The notes beneath the pieces are model-generated. The model was not told the origin of the DNA. It made no database searches and saw only the letters and a program-made list of their open reading frames with translations. The position numbers and the translations under genes are program-made. Shown piece by piece: positions 26,040-32,000 of a stretch of DNA of 32,000 bases. Within the stretch, counting starts at the first letter, position 1, and the number at the start of each line of letters is the position of its first letter. The DNA is from Candidatus Iainarchaeum sp. (GTDB taxonomy: Archaea > Iainarchaeota > Iainarchaeia > Iainarchaeales > JAZDEL01), in the NCBI GenBank assembly GCA_043808785.1, contig JAZDEL010000006.1, forward strand, positions 81,831 to 113,830, read 5' to 3'.

Positions 26040-28171
26040 TTTTCACCGCCCCCTTTCCCCGCAGCCCAGCGCCCGCCCTGCGCCCCTCTGGCGTCGCAGG
26101 CGCTGCCCTGCACATTTCCCGTACCGCTCTTCTTCCCCGTGCCCTTGCCGTTTCCCGCCCCTATGAGTGCCAGCGATTTCCTCACATCATCGAGTTCCGT
26201 TTCGCACTCCCCCACAAGCCTGTCGTAATTCGCCTTGTCAAGCGTCGCCTCCCTGAAGAACTGCCTCTGAAACCCCTTAAGTTCGCCAAGCAGCTGCCGC
26301 TCCCTGTTCTTCAGTGTGCCTATCTGCGCACTGCGCCTTTTTGCATAAATAACCGTTGCAGTGGCGACAGCGGCAACAAGCAGAGCCACGATTATGTGCC
26401 CGATATAGCTGCGCAGGTAATGCCATGCGGAAACCCCGGCTATTTCGAACTGCACGCTTCTCGTGCCGCTGTTCCCATATGCATCCTCCGCAGCCACGCC
26501 GAATTCCGCAAGCCCGACATCCTCCGCCCTCACCACATAGCTGCCGGCGTAGACCCCGCGCTCGCTGCTCACCATCCCCACGCCTGTGCCGTTTACGTTC
26601 GCGTCAACCTCGGCGTTTGTTACCGGCTTCCCGTCAGGGTAACTGAGCATTAGCCTGAAATTAATCTGCTCCCCCGCCTCAAAAGTCCTGCCTGCTGGCT
26701 CGGCAACATCTATGGTGAGTGCAGCGGGCTCGACATAAATGTCAAACGAAAACGAACCGCCGTAAACGGTGTTCCTGTCGCTTTTCACGCCGCGGATTTC
26801 GAGAGAATTCTTTCCCACTGGAAAATCCCAGCCGAGGATTATCCTGTTCGAATAAATCCCGCGTACAGCCTCCTTGAACTCGGTCGATTTTCCCGCAGGG
26901 GACAGTAGTGTCGCCTTTGCGCCGCTTATCCCGCTGCCTTCAGCACTCTCGAGCGCCACATTCAGGTCTACGGTATCCCCCCGTTCGTATGCCTTCGCGA
27001 GCCCGTTGAGCACCCGTATCTCAAGCTGGGACGTCGCCTCCGGGCTTATTACCGTGATTTCTTTTTCCGCCGCGCCGACATTGTTTTTCCCATCCCTGCA
27101 CCATATCGACGCAACCCATTTTCCCGTGGGGTTAAGCAGGGTTGTGTGGTATTCCGCACCGAAATTTCCGCCCGCGTCGCTCCGCACTGTGCCCTGCCAC
27201 ACAACACCGCCCCTTGCAAGCAGATTCAGGTCAACGGCGGTTTCAACGCCGACACCGTGCTTCTTTACGGTTCCGCTGATTTTTATTATGTCCCCGGCGC
27301 TGTATTTTTCCCTGTCGGTTTCAAGGGCAACCCCGAGTTCCGCCCTGACAACCGCGGTTTTCGTAATTTTTCCGGTTGCCCCCGCAAACTCCGCCGAAAC
27401 CTCGATATCGTATTCCCCTGCCGCGGCATCGTCCACGAGCGCAACCGAATTTCCGTACCTGCCGTCGTTCTCGGTTCCGTCATTGTGCGCGCCGTCGTTG
27501 TAAAGCTTCAGTTCCCCGAAAAAACCCCTTGCAGTTACCTTCGCCCCGGCAGCCTTTGTTCCGTCGGCAGCCACGCTAACCACAATATCCATTCTGTCGC
27601 CGCGCGCATAGTAATCCTGCCATTCGCCGACAAAAGCGATTTCTACATTTGCAGGCATGCAATCCGCGCTGCAGTTCGCATATTTTTCCCCGGCTTCACA
27701 CCTCCCGTTCCCGCAGCACCCGAGCATTATCGTGCTCACGCACTGCTTCCCCACGCACGCCTTCTCGCCGCACACCCCGGCCTGGGTTTCGCCGCAATCC
27801 CCGCAGTCCTGCGGGCAGGTGCACCTTGTCTCCTCGGCGCTTTCATCGCAGACCCCGTCCCCGCACCCGGAAAGGTGGAAACACGCAGCCTCGCACCTTC
27901 TCGCCCCGGCACACACGTCCTTTGTCGCCGCAACCTTGTCATCGCAATCCGCATCTGTTTTGCACAGCGGCATGCAGTTCAGGTTCGCGCACCCGCTTTC
28001 GCACGTTCCTGTGCGGAAGCAGAGGTCCCACGTATCCGGGTTTCCGTCGTTGCACGCCGCGTCGCTTGAGCACACTATTGCACACTCCTCCGCGTAAGCC
28101 GCCCCCGCGCAGGCAATGGCGACTGCGATAAGCGCCGCCGGAAGCAACAGCCGTGCCGAATCTAAGTTCAT
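26036..28171 (-). CDS. secreted single-pass membrane protein with Cys-rich N-terminal repeats and several beta-sandwich domains; paralogue of ORF 24279-26039
   Basis: 711 aa with the same architecture. Signal peptide LLLPAALIAVAIACAGAAYA. Contains CTCPQDCGDC and FFGELKLYNDGAHNDGTEND. TM segment IIVALLVAAVATATVIY. Tail FQRQFFREATLDKANYDRLVGE, followed by a Gly/Lys-rich end. Confidence 0.75.
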   Translation of the reverse strand: MNLDSARLLLPAALIAVAIACAGAAYAEECAIVCSSDAACNDGNPDTWDLCFRTGTCESGCANLNCMPLCKTDADCDDKVAATKDVCAGARRCEAACFHLSGCGDGVCDESAEETRCTCPQDCGDCGETQAGVCGEKACVGKQCVSTIMLGCCGNGRCEAGEKYANCSADCMPANVEIAFVGEWQDYYARGDRMDIVVSVAADGTKAAGAKVTARGFFGELKLYNDGAHNDGTENDGRYGNSVALVDDAAAGEYDIEVSAEFAGATGKITKTAVVRAELGVALETDREKYSAGDIIKISGTVKKHGVGVETAVDLNLLARGGVVWQGTVRSDAGGNFGAEYHTTLLNPTGKWVASIWCRDGKNNVGAAEKEITVISPEATSQLEIRVLNGLAKAYERGDTVDLNVALESAEGSGISGAKATLLSPAGKSTEFKEAVRGIYSNRIILGWDFPVGKNSLEIRGVKSDRNTVYGGSFSFDIYVEPAALTIDVAEPAGRTFEAGEQINFRLMLSYPDGKPVTNAEVDANVNGTGVGMVSSERGVYAGSYVVRAEDVGLAEFGVAAEDAYGNSGTRSVQFEIAGVSAWHYLRSYIGHIIVALLVAAVATATVIYAKRRSAQIGTLKNRERQLLGELKGFQRQFFREATLDKANYDRLVGECETELDDVRKSLALIGAGNGKGTGKKSGTGNVQGSACDARGAQGGRWAAGKGGGEK

Positions 28172-28200
28172 TCAAATTCCCATTATATAATTAGGTTGTA

Positions 28201-28210
28201 TTATTTATAT
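28201..28210 (-). promoter_or_regulatory. TATA-like ATATAAATAA ~30 nt upstream of the ATG at 28171
   Basis: AT-rich 44 nt spacer between the PGM stop and the first surface-protein gene. A second TTATATAA lies closer, at 28183-28190. Confidence 0.4.
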
Positions 28211-28215
28211 GTTGT

Positions 28216-29616
28216 CTAAGGCAGTTCCAGCCTTGCTTCAGAAACCGCATTCAGCCTTTTCATGAAATCTTCCTTGATTTCCCCGAGCGCCTTTTCGCTC
28301 TTCGCCTCGAACCTGAGTATGAGTTTCGCCTGCGTGTTGGAAGCGCGCAGCAGAGCCCAGCCCTCGGGGTAAAGAACTCGCACACCATCTATGTCTATGA
28401 CCCCCAGTTCCGCGTCCTTTCCGAACTCCTCCTTTGCCCTCTCAACCAGCCCGAACTTCTTCCCCTCGGGATAATCCACGCGTATTTCGGGCGTGCTGAA
28501 ATATTCGGGGAACTGCCCGAAAATTTCACTCACAGTTTTTCCGCTTGCCGACAAAATCTCCAAAAAACGCGCCGCCACATAAAAGCCGTCGTCAAACCCT
28601 AACCAGCGGTCCTTGAAAAATATGTGCCCCGACATCTCGCCGGAAATCGGCGCGCCTGTTTCGCGCAGTTTCGCCTTGCTCAGCGAGTGCCCGGTTTTCC
28701 ACATGAGGGGCACGCCGCCGTTCGCTTCAATAACCTCGGGCAGAGCCTGCGAGCACTTCACGTCGAAAATAATCGTCTCGCCCCTTTTGCGCGAAAGTAT
28801 CTCCTTTGCAAACAGCATCATCAGCCTGTCAGCCCACACTATCTTGCCGTTCTCGTCTATTATGCCGACGCGGTCAACGTCGCCGTCGAAGCCCAAACCC
28901 ACATCAGCCTTCGTTTCCTTTACCTTTTCCGCAAGAGCGCGCATGTATTCGGGTATTGTCGGGTCCGGCAAGTGATTGGGGAACCTGCCGTCAAGTTTGC
29001 AGTACAGGGGAACAACTTCGCACCCCAACTTTTTCAGCAATTTCGGGGCAATCTCGCTCGCCATCCCGTTTCCCGCATCAACCGCAACCTTCAGCCCGCG
29101 CCCGAGTTTAACCCTGCCCGCGATTTCATTTATGTAAACCGGAACCATGTTTTTCTTTTTTATTTTTCCGCGTTTTTTTGTTTCGATGTAATCGCCGCCC
29201 TCAATTATCCCGCGCAGTTCCTGTATCTCATCCCCGTAAATGGTTTTTTCCCCGATGTTTATCTTCAGCCCGTTCATCCCCAAAGGGTTGTGTGAGCCCG
29301 TGACATTAATCCCGCCCGCAGACTTCAGCTTTATTATCGAATAATACATCATCGGCGTCGGGCTCAATCCCAAATCAACAACATCAATCCCGCACGCGGT
29401 TATGCCCTTTACAAGCGCCTTGTGTATCCGCACCGAGGATGCGCGCACATCCCTTCCGACAACAACAAACCCCGCCTTGGGATTTTTGGTTTTCAGGTGT
29501 GTCGCATATGCTTTGCCAATAGCCTCGACAACCTCGGCAGTCAGTTCCTTCCTGTCGTCGCCCCTTATGTCATACTCCCTGAAAATCTGCGGATTGAACT
29601 TCACAGGCGCGGGCAT
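28216..29616 (-). CDS. phosphoglucomutase/phosphomannomutase family protein
   Basis: 466 aa. REYDIRG, active-site loop GINVTGSHNPLGMNGLK, metal-binding GLGFDGDVDRVG, and GEMSGHIFF. Confidence 0.9.
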   Translation of the reverse strand: MPAPVKFNPQIFREYDIRGDDRKELTAEVVEAIGKAYATHLKTKNPKAGFVVVGRDVRASSVRIHKALVKGITACGIDVVDLGLSPTPMMYYSIIKLKSAGGINVTGSHNPLGMNGLKINIGEKTIYGDEIQELRGIIEGGDYIETKKRGKIKKKNMVPVYINEIAGRVKLGRGLKVAVDAGNGMASEIAPKLLKKLGCEVVPLYCKLDGRFPNHLPDPTIPEYMRALAEKVKETKADVGLGFDGDVDRVGIIDENGKIVWADRLMMLFAKEILSRKRGETIIFDVKCSQALPEVIEANGGVPLMWKTGHSLSKAKLRETGAPISGEMSGHIFFKDRWLGFDDGFYVAARFLEILSASGKTVSEIFGQFPEYFSTPEIRVDYPEGKKFGLVERAKEEFGKDAELGVIDIDGVRVLYPEGWALLRASNTQAKLILRFEAKSEKALGEIKEDFMKRLNAVSEARLELP

Positions 29617-29673
29617 ATGCCAAAATAAAAGCGCGAAAGGTTTAAGTTAGGTTGCGGGCGCGCTCGGCAGCGG

Positions 29674-29886
29674 CTAACGGATGCCCCATTTTCTTAAATT
29701 TTCATTCGCCTTGCGCCAGGAAACCTTGTAGGGCCCGGGCACGAGTTCCATCTCGTGCGTTTCCCGCCCCGGCATTATGCCCTTTTTCTTAACCAATGAG
29801 CAATTATCGAGATAAAGCTCCTGCGCGAGGAAGTAATCTATGCGCTCGGCGTGTTTGAACAGCCCGTAAGCCTCGCACTTAACAGC
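29674..29886 (-). pseudogene. 70-codon open frame with no start codon, overlapping the 3' end of ORF 29838-30260 in another frame; possible frameshifted continuation
   Basis: My translation is AVKCEAYGLFKHAERIDYFLAQELYLDNCSLVKKKGIMPGRETHEMELVPGPYKVSWRKANENLRKWGIR*. It is the only open frame in an otherwise unannotated 220 nt stretch. Confidence 0.3.
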
Positions 29887-30260
29887 CTATCTGCCGGCAC
29901 TTTGAAATTCACGCTCAGCACCCTGTACCTTGCCTCCGGGCCCATCTCCTGGTTGTTGAGGACGGAATTGATTCTCATTATTTCTTCCGTGTAATTTTCA
30001 GGCTTGTGTCCTTGGCGCCAGCCCTTTTTCTCAAATTCGCGCATCCTTTTGTCAAGCCCCATTTTGCGTATCCTCTCGTCTATTTCAAGTTCCGCCTGCG
30101 ACTTATTCATTTCGCGCATATGCACCATATTTTTTTCCCCGCCAGCCGCGCCTTGCTGGCGCCAGTTCGGTACATACCCCGCATTTGCGATTGTTGCCGC
30201 AATCGCAGCTGTAGCCGCAATTTTCCTGCCTGCACGCTTTATTGTTTTCCAGAGGCGCAT
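29838..30260 (-). CDS. hypothetical protein with hydrophobic N-terminus
   Basis: 140 aa (MRLWKTIKRAGRKIAATAAIAATIANAG...). The ATG is 23 nt downstream of TTAAATAT. See the possible frameshifted continuation at 29674-29886. Confidence 0.5.
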   Translation of the reverse strand: MRLWKTIKRAGRKIAATAAIAATIANAGYVPNWRQQGAAGGEKNMVHMREMNKSQAELEIDERIRKMGLDKRMREFEKKGWRQGHKPENYTEEIMRINSVLNNQEMGPEARYRVLSVNFKVPADRLLSARLTGCSNTPSA

Positions 30261-30282
30261 GAATAGATTAATCGCTCCCGGA

Positions 30283-30290
30283 TATTTAAT
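30283..30290 (-). promoter_or_regulatory. TATA box (TTAAATAT on the minus strand) for ORF 29838-30260; leaderless geometry
   Basis: Read directly from the sequence. Confidence 0.45.
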
Positions 30291-30336
30291 CGTTTGCCGC
30301 CCGCAAATTTTGCGTTATGAATTAACGCCCAAAAAA

Positions 30337-30646
30337 CCGAAAAGAACAAGTGGGGGTTATTAAGGGAAGTGCAAAGCACTTTCGGGTTCCGCAGAACCCG
30401 AAGGCGCACCTCCCTGTAATAACACAGTGGTGCCGGAGTTAGCCGCAAGGTTCCGGGGAACCGCGGCTTGGCCTGCCAACACCGTTATTGCATACGCCAC
30501 GCTGGTTAATGATTTTTCACTCTACGCTTCCCGAACCTTTTTCCCGCAAGCGAAAGCGGATTCCGAACCGCGCAAAAGCACGGGCTGCACAGGCAAAATC
30601 CCGAACAGCACGGAATTTATTACGTTCCGCATAATTGTTCTTTCGG
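30337..30646 (+). ncRNA. candidate structured non-coding RNA or element (~310 nt), identity unresolved; SRP/7S-like features are weak
   Basis: The ends are complementary: CCGAAAAGAACAAG (30337-30350) pairs with TTGTTCTTTCGG (30635-30646). Internal hairpins include GGAAGUGC-AAA-GCACUUUC, UUCGGGUUC-CGCA-GAACCCGAA, GCCGC-AA-GGUUC-CGGG-GAACC-GCGGC and CGGAA-N9-UUCCG. A CCCUGUAAU motif is present. No credible CDS. Strand is uncertain. Confidence 0.3.
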
Positions 30647-30651
30647 TCCCG

Positions 30652-31263
30652 ATGATTGCGATAGGAATAACCGGCGGAATCGCGTGCGGAAAGAGCACTG
30701 TTGCGCGCATGTTCCGCACTCTCGGCGCTGAACTTATCGACGCCGATGAAATCGTGCGCAGCCTCTACAGGAAGCCTGCGGTTGCCGCAAAAATAAAAAA
30801 GGCGTTCGGCAGCGGCGCGGTTTCCGCCCGCGGCGGCAAAAATGCGGGCGCGCGGCGCGAAACCGTGAACCGCAGGTTTCTCACGGACCTGGTTTTTTCC
30901 GATGCGCGGAAGCGCGGGAGGCTCAACGCAATCGTGCACCCGCTTGTCGTGCGGGAACTAAAAAAGCGGATTGCAAAATCCCGCACGCGCGTGGTTGTTG
31001 TTGATTTGCCGCTCCTCTTCGAGGCCAACCTTTCAAAAATGTTCGATTTTGTAATCGTGGTGCGTGCCGGCCGCAAACCCCAGTTTGCGCGCCTCAGGGC
31101 GCGCGGTCTCTCCCCGAAAGAGGCAAATTCACGCATCCTCTCCCAGATGCCCCTGCGCGAAAAGGTTAAATTGGCGGACTTCGTAATAAGTACTGAAGGA
31201 ACCAAAAAACAAACCGCGCTTCGGGTCGGGCACGTTTGCAGGGAGTTGAGGCTGATTTCATGA
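30652..31263 (+). CDS. coaE: dephospho-CoA kinase, bacterial/eukaryotic CoaE type
   Basis: MIAIGITGGIACGKSTVARMF (P-loop)...IDADEIV...IVHPLV. The track ORF from 30427 starts with GTG and translates the structured spacer, so I chose the ATG at 30652. Confidence 0.85.
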   Translation: MIAIGITGGIACGKSTVARMFRTLGAELIDADEIVRSLYRKPAVAAKIKKAFGSGAVSARGGKNAGARRETVNRRFLTDLVFSDARKRGRLNAIVHPLVVRELKKRIAKSRTRVVVVDLPLLFEANLSKMFDFVIVVRAGRKPQFARLRARGLSPKEANSRILSQMPLREKVKLADFVISTEGTKKQTALRVGHVCRELRLIS

Positions 31264-31808
31264 GCAAAAACGGGGAAACCTCTCAGCGCACGGCGGTTTA
31301 CGCAGGCACGTTCGACCCCATTACCCTAGGCCACCTCGACGTAATGGAGCGCGGCCTGAAAATCTTCGACAGGCTCATAGTTGCGGTAACGACAAACCCC
31401 TGCAAGAAGCCGATGTTTTCCCTCGAGGAACGGGCGGAACTCATCCGCGCCTCGACAAGGCACCTGAAAAACCTCGAGGTAAAAACATTCTCAGGCCTGC
31501 TTGTCGGGTTCCTCAGGCGCGAGCGCGTTAACACGCTCCTGCGGGGCCTGCGCGAGGTCAGCGACTTCGAAAGGGAGTTCCAGCAGGCAACAATGAACCG
31601 CAAGCTCAGCCCGCTTACGGACACGGTTTTCATAATGACTGGCGCGGAATACTTTTACCTCAGTTCAAGCGCGGTAAGGGAAATTGCCGCTGCAGGGGGG
31701 AACGTGAACTGCCTCGTGCCGAAGCCGGCGGCAATTGCGCTTAAGCGGAAAACAGGCAAAACCGCCGCAAAAAACCGTAAAAACGCAATTTTCGATTTGC
31801 ATATTTAA
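31260..31808 (+). CDS. coaD: phosphopantetheine adenylyltransferase, bacterial CoaD type
   Basis: TAVYAGTFDPITLGHLDVMERG (the T/HxGH nucleotidyltransferase motif)...SSSAVREI. ATGA overlap with coaE. About 20 aa Lys-rich C-terminal extension (KRKTGKTAAKNRKNAIFDLHI). Confidence 0.88.
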   Translation: MSKNGETSQRTAVYAGTFDPITLGHLDVMERGLKIFDRLIVAVTTNPCKKPMFSLEERAELIRASTRHLKNLEVKTFSGLLVGFLRRERVNTLLRGLREVSDFEREFQQATMNRKLSPLTDTVFIMTGAEYFYLSSSAVREIAAAGGNVNCLVPKPAAIALKRKTGKTAAKNRKNAIFDLHI

Positions 31809-31834
31809 CCGCAACCTTTAAATAGTGCGACACC

Positions 31835-31868
31835 TTTTATATTTGCAAACAAGTTTTATATTTAGCAA
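31835..31868 (+). promoter_or_regulatory. two tandem TATA-like boxes, TTTTATATTT(G/A)GCAA, 19 nt apart upstream of the pilin gene; GGAGGG SD at 31877-31882
   Basis: Direct repeat read from the sequence (31835-31848 and 31854-31868). A further TTTAAATA lies at 31818-31825. Confidence 0.5.
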
Positions 31869-31889
31869 CTTGAAAAGGAGGGCAAAAAG

Positions 31890-32000
31890 ATGTTTGGCAA
31901 TAAAGGTCAATCGGCGCTGGAATACCTGATGACATACGGCTGGGCTCTCGTGGTCATTGTGATCGCGATTGCGGCACTCGTCTTCCTGATCAACCCGACG
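31890..32000 (+). CDS. archaeal type IV pilin-like protein (class III signal peptide); N-terminal 37 aa only
   Basis: MFGNKGQSALEYLMTYGWALVVIVIAIAALVFLINPT has the KGQSA(L/I)EYL prepilin-peptidase site followed by a hydrophobic helix. Runs off the window end. Confidence 0.8.
   Translation, partial: MFGNKGQSALEYLMTYGWALVVIVIAIAALVFLINPT

Noticed and set aside
25940-28069. Long plus-strand ORFs (25940-26653, 27146-28069, 27649-28131 and others) opposite the surface-protein genes
   Set aside because: They are Arg/Pro/Ala-rich, which is typical of antisense frames in GC-rich coding DNA. The minus-strand frames have signal peptides, TM helices and paralogous structure.
28183-28190. TTATATAA as the promoter of the 711 aa surface-protein gene
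   Set aside because: It lies only 12-19 nt from the ATG, too close for TATA-to-TSS spacing. The ATATAAATAA at 28201-28210 fits better. Both remain unverified.
30300-30650. tRNA or RNase P RNA in the structured spacer
   Set aside because: I could not build a cloverleaf: no T-arm with a 7 nt loop and no acceptor/CCA geometry on either strand. RNase P CR-I (GGAAAGUCC) and CR-V (ACAGAA..GGCUUA) are absent. An SRP RNA assignment is also not secure, because no helix-8 core was found.
30427-30651. 75 aa N-terminal extension of CoaE (ORF 30427-31263)
   Set aside because: It has a GTG start, and the extension translates the hairpin-rich spacer. The CoaE P-loop normally lies within the first ~15 residues, as it does with the ATG at 30652.

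Overview
This is a roughly 55% GC archaeal chromosome segment. The archaeal call rests on TATA boxes about 25 nt upstream of leaderless ATGs, GGAGG-type SD sites before internal operon genes, a class III signal-peptide pilin, KaiC-like ATPases, and the archaeal thiolase/HMGCS/DUF35 trio. Four blocks stand out. (1) Positions 1-14209 (minus strand) hold a 14-gene co-directional array: pyruvate formate-lyase and its activase, followed by every enzyme of the archaeal-type mevalonate pathway (class II HMGR, HMGCS, thiolase, DUF35, MVK, UbiX, UbiD-like decarboxylase, AcnX large and small subunits, IPK). Two unexpected passengers interrupt it, a free-standing LAGLIDADG/wHTH protein and a degenerate CheY-receiver protein. 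(2) Positions 14273-17009 hold a three-gene unit with overlapping start/stop codons: nadK, an orphan gene, and a GltD/SudA-like oxidoreductase that contains a tandem Lys-rich repeat. A divergent DJ-1/PfpI gene follows. (3) Positions 17693-28171 are the most unusual region. They encode a long coiled-coil protein and two single-domain KaiC-like ATPases, each next to a KaiC-fold paralogue that lacks a Walker A motif (DUF835/MEDS-like). Directly upstream of one KaiC gene sit three paralogous secreted single-pass proteins with Cys-rich heads, beta-sandwich repeats and a shared cytoplasmic helical tail motif. I could not assign this block to any named system. (4) Positions 28216-32000 hold PGM/PMM, a possibly frameshifted orphan, a ~310 nt structured non-coding candidate, bacterial-type coaE-coaD, and the start of an archaeal pilin gene. 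No CRISPR array, rRNA, or convincing tRNA was seen. All family assignments come from reading motifs by eye; no database search was run.
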